A program made the translations under genes and the position numbers. Shown here one piece after another: positions 1 through 11,119 of a DNA stretch of 64,000 nucleotides. Below the pieces are notes generated by a model, which worked only from the letters and a program-made list of their open reading frames with translations, made no database searches and was not told the DNA's origin. The DNA is from Eledone cirrhosa (Eukaryota), in contig OZ024743.1 of the NCBI GenBank assembly GCA_964016885.1, positions 133,548,001 to 133,612,000 on the forward strand, read 5' to 3'. How positions within the stretch are numbered: position 1 is the first letter of the stretch; each line of letters starts with the position of its first letter.

Positions 1-3000
1 TGTTTGCTGTTTGGTGTTTGGTGTTTGCTGTTTGGTGTTTGCTGTTTGGTGTTTGGTGTTTGGTGCTTGCTGTTTGGTGCTTGGTGCTTGGTGTTTGGTG
101 TTAGGTGCTTGGTGTTTGGTGCTTGGTGCTTGGTGCTGAGTGTTTGGTGCTTGGTGCTTGGTGTTTGGTGCTTGGTGATTGGTGCTTGGTGTTTGGTCCT
201 TGGTGCTTGGTGCTTGGTCTTTGGTGCTTGGGTTTTGGTGTTTGGTGCTTGGTGCTTGGTGTTTGGTGCTTGGTGCTTGGTGCTTGGTGCTTGGTGTTTG
301 GTGCTTGCTGCTTGGTGCTTGGTGTTTGGTGCTTGGTGCTTGGTGATTAGTGTTTGGTGATTGGTGCTTGGGGTTTGGTGTTTGGGGCTTGGTGTTTGGT
401 GCTTAGTGCTTGCTGTTTGGTGTTTGGTGTTTGGTTCTTGGTGCTTGGTGTTTGGTGTTTGGTGTTTGGTGCTTGGTGCTTGGTGCTTGGTGTTTGGTGC
501 TTGGTGCTTGGTGTTTGGTGCTTGGTGCCTGGTGCTTGTTGTTTGGTGTTTGGTGCTTAGTGCTTGGTGTTTGGTGTTTGGTGCTTGGTGCTTGGTGGCT
601 GGTGTTTGGTGCTTGGTGTTTGGAGTTTGGTGCTTGGTGCTTGGTGTCTGGTGTTTCGTGCTTGGTGCTTGGTGCTTGGTGTTTGGTGTTTGTTGCTTGG
701 TGTTTGGTGTTTGGTACTTGGTGCTTGGTGCTTGTTGCTTGGTGTTTTTGTGCTTGGTGTTTGATGCTGCGTGCTTGGTGTTTGGTGTTTGGTGCTTGGT
801 GCTTGGTGTTTGGTGTTTGGAGCTTGGTGCCTGGTGCTTGTTGCTTGGTGTTTGGCGCTTGGTGCTTGGTTCCTGGTGTTTCGTGCTTGGTGCTTGGTGC
901 TTGGTGTTTGGTGTTTGGTGCTTGGTGTTTGGTGTTTGGTACTTGGTGCTTGGTGCTTGGTGCTTGGTGTTTGGTGCTTGGTGTTTGATGCTGCGTGCTT
1001 GGTGTTTGGTGTTTGGTGCTTGGTGCTTGGTGTTTGGTGTTTGGAGCTTGGTGCCTGGTGCTTGTTGCTTGGTGTTTGGCGCTTGGTGCTTGGTGTTTGT
1101 TGTTTGGTGCTTGGTGCTTGGTGCTTGGTATCTGGTGTTTGGTGCTTGATGTTTGGTGTTTGGTGCTTGGTGTTTGGTGTTTGGTGCTTGGTGCTTGGTG
1201 TTTGGTGCTTGGTGCTTGGTGTTTTGTGTTTGGTGCTTGGTGCTTGGTGCCTGGTGCTTGGTGCTTGGTGCTTGTTGTTTGGTGCTTGGTGCTTGGTGAT
1301 TAGTGTTTGGTGCTTGGTGCTTGCGGTTTGGTGTTTGGTGCTTGGGGTTTGGTGCTTGGTGCTTGGTGCTTGGTGTTTGGTGCTTGGTGCTTGGTGTTTG
1401 GTGCTTGGTGCCTGGTGTTTGGTGTTTGGCGTTTGCTGTTTGCTGTTTGGTGTTTGGTGCTTGCTGCTTGGTGCTTGGTGCATGGTGTTTGGTGTTTGGT
1501 GTTTTGTGCTTGGTGCTTGGTGTTTGGTGCTTGGTGCTTGGTGCTGGGTGTTTGGTGCTTGGTGCTTGGTGTTTGGTGCTTGGTGCTTGGTGCTTGGTGT
1601 TTGGTCCTTGGTGCTTGGTGCTTGGTATTTGGTGCTTGGGTTTTGGTGTTTGGTGCTTGGTGCTTGGTGTTTGGTGCTTGGTCTTGGTGCTTGGTGCTTG
1701 GTGTTTGGTGATTGCTGCTTGGTGCTTGGTGTTTGGTACTTGGTACTTGGTGATTAGTGTTTGGTGATTGGTGCTTGGGGTTTGCTGTTTGGTGCTTGGT
1801 GTTTGGTGCTTGGTGCTTGCTGTTAGGTGTTTGGTGTTTGGTTCTTGGTGCTTGGTGTTTGGTGTTTGGTGTCTGGTGCTTGGTGCTTGGTGCTTGGTGT
1901 TTGGTGCTTGGTGCTTGGTGCTTGGTGTTTGGTTCTGCGTGCTTGGTGTTTGGTGTTTGGTGCTTGGTGCCTGGTGCTTGTTGTTTGGTGTTTGGTGCTT
2001 AGTGCTTGGTGTTTGGTGTTTGGTGCTTGGTGCTTGGTGGCTGGTGCTTGGTTCTTGGTGTTTGGAGTTTGGTGCTTGGTGCTTGGTGCCTGGTGTTTCG
2101 TGCTTGGTGCTTGGTGCTTGGTGTTTGGTGTTTGGGGATTGGTGTTTGGTGTTTGGTGCTGGGTGCATGGAGTTTGGTGCTTGGTGCTTAGTGCTTGGTG
2201 TTTGGTGTTTGGTGCTTGGTATTTGATGCTTGGTGTGTGGTGCTTGGTGCTTGGTGTTTTGTGTTTGGTGCTTGGTGCTTGGTGCCTGGTGCTTGGTGCT
2301 TGGTGCTTGTTGTTTGGTGCTTGGTGCTTGATGATTAGTGTTTGGTGCTTGGTGCTTGGTGTTTGGTGCTTGGTGTTTGGTGCTTGGTGCCTGGTGCTTG
2401 GTGTTTGGTGTTTGGTGCTTGGTGTTTGGTGCTTGGTGTTTGGTACTTGGTGTTCGGTGCTTGGTGCTTGGTGCTTGGTGTTTGATGTTTGGTCCGTGGT
2501 GCTTGGTGTTTGGTGTTGTGTGCTTGGTGCTTGGTGCTTGCTGTTTGGTTTTTGGTGCTTGGTGTTTGGTGTTTGCTGTTTGGTGTTTGCTGTTTGGTGT
2601 TTGGTGTTTGGTGCTGGCTGTTTGGTGCTTGGTGCTTGGTATTTGGTGTTTGGTGCTTGGTGTTTGGTGCTTGGTGCTTGGTGCTGGGTGTTTGGTGCTT
2701 GGTGCTTGGTGTTTGGTGCTTGGTGCTTGGTGCTTGGTGCTTGGTGTTTGGTGCTTGGTGCTTGGTCTTTGGTGCTTGGGTTTTGGTGTTTGGTGCTTGG
2801 TGCTTGGTGTTTGGTGCTTGGTGCTTGGTGCTTGGTGTTTGGTGCTTGCTGCTTGGTGCTTGGTGTTTGGTGCTTAGTGCTTGGTGATTAGTGTTTGGTG
2901 ATTGGTGCTTGGGGTTTGGTGTTTGGGGCTTGGTGTTTGGTGCTTAGTGCTTGCTGTTTGGTGTTTGGTATTTGGTTCTTGGTGCTTGGTGTTTGGTGTT

Positions 3001-6000
3001 TGGTGTTTGGTGGTTGGTGCTTGGTGCTTGGTGTTTGATGCTTGGTGCTTGGTGCTTGGTGTTTGGTGCTGCGTGCTTGGTGTTTGGTGTTTGGTGCTTG
3101 GTGCCTGGTGCTTGTTGTTTGGTGTTTCGTGCTTAGTGCTTGGTGTTTGGTGTTTGGTGCTTGGTGCTTGGTGGCTGGTGTTTGGTGCTTGGTGTTTGGA
3201 GTTTGGTGCTTGGTGCTTGGTGCCTGGTGTTTCGTGCTTGGTGCTTTGTGCTTGGTGTTTGGTGTTTGCTGCTTGGTGTTTGGTGTTTGGTACTTGGTGC
3301 TTGGTGCTTGGTGCTTGGTGTTTGGTGCTTGGTGTTTGATGCTGCGTGCTTGGTGTTTGGTGTTTGGTGCTTGGTGCTTGGTGTTTGGTGTTTGGTGCTT
3401 GGTGTTTGGTGTTTGGTGTTTGGTGCTTGGTGCTTGGTGTTTGGTGCTTGGTGCTTGGTGCTGGGTGTTTGGTGCTTGGTGCTTGGTGTTTGGTGCTTGG
3501 TGCTTGGTGCTTGGTGTTTGGTCCTTGGTGCTTGCTGTTTGGTGCTTGGTTCTTGGTGCTTGGTGCGTGGTGTTTGGTGATTGCTGCTTGGTGCTTGGTG
3601 TTTGGTGCTTGGTGCTTGGTGATTAGTGTTTGGTGATTGGTGCTTGGTGTTTGGTGTTTGGTGCTTTGTGCTTGGTGCTTGGTATCTGGTGTTTGGTGCT
3701 TGATGTTTGGTGTTTGGTGCTTGGTGTTTGGTGTTTGGTGCTTGGTGCTTGGTGTTTGGTGCTTGGTGCTTGCTGTTTGGTGTTTGGTGTTTGGTTCTTG
3801 GTGCTTGGTGTTTGGTGTTTGGTGTCTGGTGCTTGGTGCTTGGTGCTTGGTGTTTGGTGCTTGGTGCTTGGTGCTTGGTGTTTGGTGCTGCGTGCTTGGT
3901 GTTTGGTGTTTGGTGCTTGGTGCCTGGTGCTTGTTGTTTGGTGTTTGGTGCTTGGTGCTTGGTGTTTGGTGTTTGGTGCTGGGTGCATGGAGTTTGGTGC
4001 TTGGTGCTTGTGCTTGGTGTTTGGTGTTTGGTGCTTGGTATTTGGTGTTTGGTGTTTGATGCTTGGTGTGTGGTGCTTGGTGCTTGGTGTTTTGTGTTTG
4101 GTGCTTGGTGCTTGGTGCCTGGTGCTTGGTTCTTGGTGCTTGTTGTTTGGTGCTTGGTGCTTGGTGATTAGTGTTTGGTGCTTGGTGCTTTTTGTTTGGT
4201 GCTTGGTGTTTGGTGCTTGGTGCCTGGTGCTTGGTGTTTGGTGTTTGATGCTTGGTGTTTGGTGTTTGGTGTTTGGTACTTGGTGTTCGGAGCTTGGTGC
4301 TTGGTGCTTGGTGCTTGGTGTTTGGTGTTTGGTGCTTGGTGCTTGGTGTTTGATGTTTGGTCCTTGGTGCTTGGTGTTTGGTGTTGTGTGCTTGGTGCTT
4401 GGTGCTTGATGTTTGGTGCTTGGTGCTTGGTGCTTGGTGTTTGGCGTTTGCTGTTTGCTGTTTGGTGTTTGGTGTTTGCTGTTTGGTGTTTGCTGTTTGG
4501 TGTTTGGTGTTTGGTGCTTGCTGTTTGGTGCTTGGTGCTTGGTGTTTGGTGTTAGGTGCTTGGTGTTTGGTGCTTGGTGCTTGGTGCTGAGTGTTTGGTG
4601 CTTGGTGCTTGGTGTTTGGTGCTTGGTGATTGGTGCTTGGTGTTTGGTCCTTGGTGCTTGGTGCTTGGTCTTTGGTGCTTGGGTTTTGGTGTTTGGTGCT
4701 TGGTGCTTGGTGTTTGGTGCTTGGTGCTTGGTGCTTGGTGCTTGGTGTTTGGTGCTTGCTGCTTGGTGCTTGGTGTTTGGTGCTTGGTGCTTGGTGATTA
4801 GTGTTTGGTGATTGGTGCTTGGGGTTTGGTGTTTGGGGCTTGGTGTTTGGTGCTTAGTGCTTGCTGTTTGGTGTTTGGTGTTTGGTTCTTGGTGCTTGGT
4901 GTTTGGTGTTTGGTGTTTGGTGTTTGGTGCTTGGTGCTTGGTGCTTGGTGTTTGGTGCTTGGTGCTTGGTGTTTGGTGCTTGGTGCCTGGTGCTTGTTGT
5001 TTGGTGTTTGGTGCTTAGTGCTTGGTGTTTGGTGTTTGGTGCTTGGTGCTTGGTGGCTGGTGTTTGGTGCTTGGTGTTTGGAGTTTGGTGCTTGGTGCTT
5101 GGTGTCTGGTGTTTCGTGCTTGGTGCTTGGTGCTTGGTGTTTGGTGTTTGTTGCTTGGTGTTTGGTGTTTGGTACTTGGTGCTTGGTGCTTGGTGCTTGG
5201 TGTTTGGTGCTTGGTGTTTGATGCTGCGTGCTTGGTGTTTGGTGTTTGGTGCTTGGTGCTTGGTGTTTGGTGTTTGGAGCTTGGTGCCTGGTGCTTGTTG
5301 CTTGGTGTTTGGCGCTTGGTGCTTGGTTCCTGGTGTTTCGTGCTTGGTGCTTGGTGCTTGGTGTTTGGTGTTTGGTGCTTGGTGTTTGGTGTTTGGTACT
5401 TGGTGCTTGGTGCTTGGTGCTTGGTGTTTGGTGCTTGGTGTTTGATGCTGCGTGCTTGGTGTTTGGTGTTTGGTGCTTGGTGCTTGGTGTTTGGTGTTTG
5501 GAGCTTGGTGCCTGGTGCTTGTTGCTTGGTGTTTGGCGCTTGGTGCTTGGTGTTTGTTGTTTGGTGCTTGGTGCTTGGTGCTTGGTATCTGGTGTTTGGT
5601 GCTTGATGTTTGGTGTTTGGTGCTTGGTGTTTGGTGTTTGGTGCTTGGTGCTTGGTGTTTGGTGCTTGGTGCTTGGTGTTTTGTGTTTGGTGCTTGGTGC
5701 TTGGTGCCTGGTGCTTGGTGCTTGGTGCTTGTTGTTTGGTGCTTGGTGCTTGGTGATTAGTGTTTGGTGCTTGGTGCTTGCGGTTTGGTGTTTGGTGCTT
5801 GGGGTTTGGTGCTTGGTGCTTGGTGCTTGGTGTTTGGTGCTTGGTGCTTGGTGTTGGTGCTTGGTGCCTGGTGTTTGGTGTTTGGCGTTTGCTGTTTGCT
5901 GTTTGGTGTTTGGTGCTTGCTGCTTGGTGCTTGGTGCATGGTGTTTGGTGTTTGGTGTTTTGTGCTTGGTGCTTGGTGTTTGGTGCTTGGTGCTTGGTGC

Positions 6001-7850
6001 TGGGTGTTTGGTGCTTGGTGCTTGGTGTTTGGTGCTTGGTGCTTGGTGCTTGGTGTTTGGTCCTTGGTGCTTGGTGCTTGGTATTTGGTGCTTGGGTTTT
6101 GGTGTTTGGTGCTTGGTGCTTGGTGTTTGGTGCTTGGTCTTGGTGCTTGGTGCTTGGTGTTTGGTGATTGCTGCTTGGTGCTTGGTGTTTGGTACTTGGT
6201 GCTTGGTGATTAGTGTTTGGTGATTGGTGCTTGGGGTTTGCTGTTTGGTGCTTGGTGTTTGGTGCTTGGTGCTTGCTGTTAGGTGTTTGGTGTTTGGTTC
6301 TTGGTGCTTGGTGTTTGGTGTTTGGTGTCTGGTGCTTGGTGCTTGGTGCTTGGTGTTTGGTGCTTGGTGCTTGGTGCTTGGTGTTTGGTTCTGCGTGCTT
6401 GGTGTTTGGTGTTTGGTGCTTGGTGCCTGGTGCTTGTTGTTTGGTGTTTGGTGCTTAGTGCTTGGTGTTTGGTGTTTGGTGCTTGGTGCTTGGTGGCTGG
6501 TGCTTGGTTCTTGGTGTTTGGAGTTTGGTGCTTGGTGCTTGGTGCCTGGTGTTTCGTGCTTGGTGCTTGGTGCTTGGTGTTTGGTGTTTGGGGATTGGTG
6601 TTTGGTGTTTGGTGCTGGGTGCATGGAGTTTGGTGCTTGGTGCTTAGTGCTTGGTGTTTGGTGTTTGGTGCTTGGTATTTGATGCTTGGTGTGTGGTGCT
6701 TGGTGCTTGGTGTTTTGTGTTTGGTGCTTGGTGCTTGGTGCCTGGTGCTTGGTGCTTGGTGCTTGTTGTTTGGTGCTTGGTGCTTGATGATTAGTGTTTG
6801 GTGCTTGGTGCTTGGTGTTTGGTGCTTGGTGTTTGGTGCTTGGTGCCTGGTGCTTGGTGTTTGGTGTTTGGTGCTTGGTGTTTGGTGCTTGGTGTTTGGT
6901 ACTTGGTGTTCGGTGCTTGGTGCTTGGTGCTTGGTGTTTGATGTTTGGTCCGTGGTGCTTGGTGTTTGGTGTTGTGTGCTTGGTGCTTGGTGCTTGCTGT
7001 TTGGTTTTTGGTGCTTGGTGTTTGGTGTTTGCTGTTTGGTGTTTGCTGTTTGGTGTTTGGTGTTTGGTGCTGGCTGTTTGGTGCTTGGTGCTTGGTATTT
7101 GGTGTTTGGTGCTTGGTGTTTGGTGCTTGGTGCTTGGTGCTGGGTGTTTGGTGCTTGGTGCTTGGTGTTTGGTGCTTGGTGCTTGGTGCTTGGTGCTTGG
7201 TGTTTGGTGCTTGGTGCTTGGTCTTTGGTGCTTGGGTTTTGGTGTTTGGTGCTTGGTGCTTGGTGTTTGGTGCTTGGTGCTTGGTGCTTGGTGTTTGGTG
7301 CTTGCTGCTTGGTGCTTGGTGTTTGGTGCTTAGTGCTTGGTGATTAGTGTTTGGTGATTGGTGCTTGGGGTTTGGTGTTTGGGGCTTGGTGTTTGGTGCT
7401 TAGTGCTTGCTGTTTGGTGTTTGGTATTTGGTTCTTGGTGCTTGGTGTTTGGTGTTTGGTGTTTGGTGGTTGGTGCTTGGTGCTTGGTGTTTGGTGCTTG
7501 GTGCTTGGTGCTTGGTGTTTGGTGCTGCGTGCTTGGTGTTTGGTGTTTGGTGCTTGGTGCCTGGTGCTTGTTGTTTGGTGTTTCGTGCTTAGTGCTTGGT
7601 GTTTGGTGTTTGGTGCTTGGTGCTTGGTGGCTGGTGTTTGGTGCTTGGTGTTTGGAGTTTGGTGCTTGGTGCTTGGTGCCTGGTGTTTCGTGCTTGGTGC
7701 TTGGTGCTTGGTGTTTGGTGTTTGCTGCTTGGTGTTTGGTGTTTGGTACTTGGTGCTTGGTGCTTGGTGCTTGGTGTTTGGTGCTTGGTGTTTGATGCTG
7801 CGTGCTTGGTGTTTGGTGTTTGGTGCTTGGTGCTTGGTGTTTGGTGTTTG
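1..7850 (+). repeat. About 4.45-kb higher-order duplication (1-~3395 repeated at 4452-~7850)
   Basis: Sequence at 1 matches 4452. Identical or near-identical ORF pairs: 105/4556 (offset 4451), 564/5022 (4458), 995/5452 (4457), 1827/6283, 2338/6794 and 2902/7358 (4456). The offset steps are explained by one extra unit, a +1 at ~745 and a -1 at ~5850. Confidence 0.92.
655..1100 (+). repeat. 224-bp (32-unit) local tandem duplication, also present at ~5110-5560
   Basis: The variant string tttcgtg...ggtac...gatgctgcgtg...ggagc...ggcgc repeats at offset 224 (ORF starts 771/995 and 5228/5452). Confidence 0.85.
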
Positions 7851-10800
7851 GAGCTTGGTGCCTGGTGCTTGTTGTTTGGTGTTTGGCTCTTGGTGCTTGG
7901 TGTTTGGTGTTTGGTGCTTCTGCTTGGTGCTTGGTATCTGGTGTTTGGTGCTTGATGTTTGGTGTTTGGTGCTTGGTGTTTGGTGTTTGGTGCTTGGTGC
8001 TTGGTGTTTGGTGCTTGGTGTTTGGTGTTTGGTGTTTGATGCTTGGTGTTTGCTGCTTGGTGCTTGGTGCTTGGTGTTTTGTGTTTGGTGCTTGGTGCTT
8101 GGTGCTTGGTGCCTGGTGCTTGGTGCTTGGTGCTTGTTGTTTGGTGCTTGGTGCTTGGTGATAAGTGTTTGGTGCTTGGTGCTTGCGGTTTGGTGTTTGG
8201 TGCTTGGGGTTTGGTGTTTGGTGCTTGGTGCTTGGTGTTTGGTGCTTGGTGCTTGGTGCTTGGTGTTTGGTGCTTGGTGCTTGGTGTTTGGTGCTTGGTG
8301 CTTGGTGTTTGGTGTTTGGCGTTTGCTGTTTGCTGTTTGGTGTTTGGTGCTTGCTGTTTGGTGCTTGGTGCTTGGTGTTTGGTGTTTGGTGTTTGGTGCT
8401 TGGTGCTTGGTGTTTGGTGCTTTGTGCTTGGTGCTGGGTGTTTGGTGCTTGGTGCTTGGTGTTTGGTGCTTGGTGCTTGGTGCTTGGTGTTTGGTCCTTG
8501 GTGCTTGGTGTTTGGTGCTTGGTTCTTGGTGCTTGGTGCGTGGTGTTTGGTGATTGCTGCTTGGTGCTTGGTGTTTGGTGCTTGGTGCTTGGTGATTAGT
8601 GTTTGGTGATTGGTGCTTGGTGTTTGGTGTTTGGTGCTTTGTGCTTGGTGCTTGGTATCAGGTGTTTGGTGCTTCATGTTTGGTGTTTGGTGCTTGGTGT
8701 TTGGTGTTTGGTGCTTGGTGCTTGGTGTTTGGTGCTTGGTGCTTGCTGTTTGGTGTTTGGTGTTTGGTTCTTGGTGCTTGGTGTTTGGTGTTTGGTGTCT
8801 GGTGCTTGGTGCTTGGTGCTTGGTGTTTGGTGCTTGGTGCTTGGTGCTTGGTGTTTGGTGCTGCGTGCTTGGTGTTTGGTGTTTGGTGCTTGGTGCCTGG
8901 TGCTTGTTGTTTGGTGTTTGGTGCTTAGTGCTTGGTGTTTGGTGTTTGGTGCTTGGTGCTTGGTGGCTGGTGCTTGGTGCTTGGTGTTTGGAGTTTGGTG
9001 CTTGGTGCTTGGTGCCTGGTGTTTCGTGCTTGGTGCTTGGTGCTTGGTGTTTGGTGTTTGGTACTTGGTGCTTGGTGCTTGGTGCTTGGTGTTTGGTGCT
9101 TGGTGTTTGATGCTGCGTGCTTGGTGTTTGGTGTTTGGTGCTTGGTGCTTGGTGTTTGGTGTTTGGAGCTTGGTTCCTGCTGCTTGTTGTTTGGTGTTTG
9201 GTGCTTGGTGCTTGGTGTTTGGTGTTTGGTGCTTGGTGCTTGGTGCTTGGTATCTGGTGTTTGGTGCTTGATGTTTGGTGTTTGGTGCTTGGTGCTTGGT
9301 GCTTGGTGTTTGGTGTTTGGTGCTTGGTGCTTGGTGTTTGGTGCTTGGTGTTTGGTGTTTGGTGTTTGATGCTTGGTGTTTGCTGCTTGGTGCTTGGTGC
9401 TTGGTGTTTTGTGTTTGGTGCTTGGTGCCTGGTGCCTGGTGCTTGGTGCTTGGTGCTTGTTGTTTGGTGCTTGGTGCTTGGTGATTAGTGTTTGGTGCTT
9501 GGTGCTTGCGGTTTGATGTTTGGTGCTTGGGGTTTGGTGTTTGGTGCTTGGTGCTTGGTGTTTGGTGCTTGGTGCTTGGTGCTTGGTGTTTGGTGCTTGG
9601 TGCTTGGTGTTAGGTGTTTGGTGCTTGGTGCTTGGTGTTTGATGTTTGGTCCTTGGTGCTTGGTGTTTGGTGTTTGGTGCTTGGTGCTTGGTGTTTGGTG
9701 TTTGGTGCTTGCTGCTTGCTGCTTGGTGTTTGGTGCTTGGTGATTGGTGCTTGGTGTTTTGTGCTTGGTGCTTGGTGTTTGGTGTTTGGTGCTAGGGGCT
9801 TGGTGCTTGGTGCTTGGTGTTTAGTGCCTGGTGCTTGCTGTTTGGTGTTTGGTGCTTGGTGCGTGGGACATAGTGTTTGGTGTTTGGTGCTTGGTGTTTG
9901 GTGATTGGTGTTTGGTGCTTGGTGTTTGGGGCTTGGTGTTCGGTGCTTGGTGCTTGGTGCTTGGGGCTTGGTGTTTGGTGTTTGGTGCTTGGTGCTTGGT
10001 GTTTGATCTTGGGTCCTTGGTGCTTGGTCTTTGGTGTTTGGTGCTTGGTGCTTGGTGTTTGGTGCTTGGTGCTTGGTGTTTGGTGTTTGGTGCTTGGTGC
10101 TTGGGGCTTGGTGTTTGGTGCTTGGTGCTTGGTGTTTGGTGCTTGGTGCTTGGGGCTTGGTAGTTGGTGCTTGGTGCTTGGTGCTTGGTGCTTGGTGTTT
10201 GGCGTTTGCTGTTTGCTGTTTGGCGTTTCGTGTTTGCTGTTTGGTGTTTGGTGTTTGGTGTTTGGTGCTTGGTGTTTGGTGCTTGGTGCTTGGTGCTGGG
10301 TGGTTGGTGTTTGGTGCTTGGTGCTTGGTGTTTGGTGCTTGGTGCTTGGTGCTTGTTGTTTGGTGCTTGGTGCTTGGTGCTTGGTCTTTGGTGCATGGTG
10401 TTTGGTGTTTGGCGCTTGGTGCTTGGTGCTTAGTGTTTGGTGCTTGGTGCTTGGTGCTTGGTGTTTGGTGCTTGGTTCTTGGTGATTAGTGTTTGTTGCT
10501 TGGTGCTTGGTGTTTGGTGTTTGGTGTTTGCTGTTTGGTGTCTGCTTTTTGGTGTTTGGTGTTTGCTGTTTTGTGTTTGGTGTTTGGTGCTTGGTGCTTG
10601 GTGCTTGGTGTTTGGCGTTTGGTGCTTGGAGCTTGGTGTTTGGTGCTTGGTGCTTGGTGTTTGGTGTTTGGTGCTTGGTGCCTGGTGCTTGTTGTATGGT
10701 GTTTGGTGCTTGGTGCTTGGTGTTTGGTGTTTGCTGCTTGGTGTCTGGTGTTTGGTGCTTGGTGTTTGGTGCTTGGTGCTTGGTGCTTGGTGCTTGGTGT

Positions 10801-11119
10801 TTGGTGTTTGGTGCTTGGTGCTTGGTGTTTGGTGTTTGGTGCTGGGTGCATGGAGTTTGGTACTTGGTGCTTAGTGCTTGGTGTTTGGTGTTTGGTGCTT
10901 GGTATTTGGTGTTTGGTGTTTGATGCTTGGTGTGTGGTGCTTGGTGATTGGTGTTTTGTGTTTGGTGCTTGGTGCTTGGTGCCTGGTGCTTGGTGCTTGG
11001 TGCTTGTTGTTTGGTGCTTGGTGCTTGGTGATTAGTGTTTGGTGCTTGGTCCTTGGGGTTTGCTGTTTGGTGCGTGGAGCTTGGTATTTGGTGCTTGGTG
11101 CTTGGTGTTTGGTGTTTGG

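Noticed and set aside
344-360. Class A landmark TGATTAGTGTTTGGTGA puts stops in all three + frames
   Set aside because: In a TG-rich, A-free background almost any mutation to A creates TGA or TAG, so this is expected by chance and is no evidence of a translational terminator.
2038-2045. Chi-like or other regulatory-looking words (ggctggtg, tatttgatg, gtatgtac)
   Set aside because: These are one- or two-base variants of the satellite unit, propagated by duplication, with no gene context.
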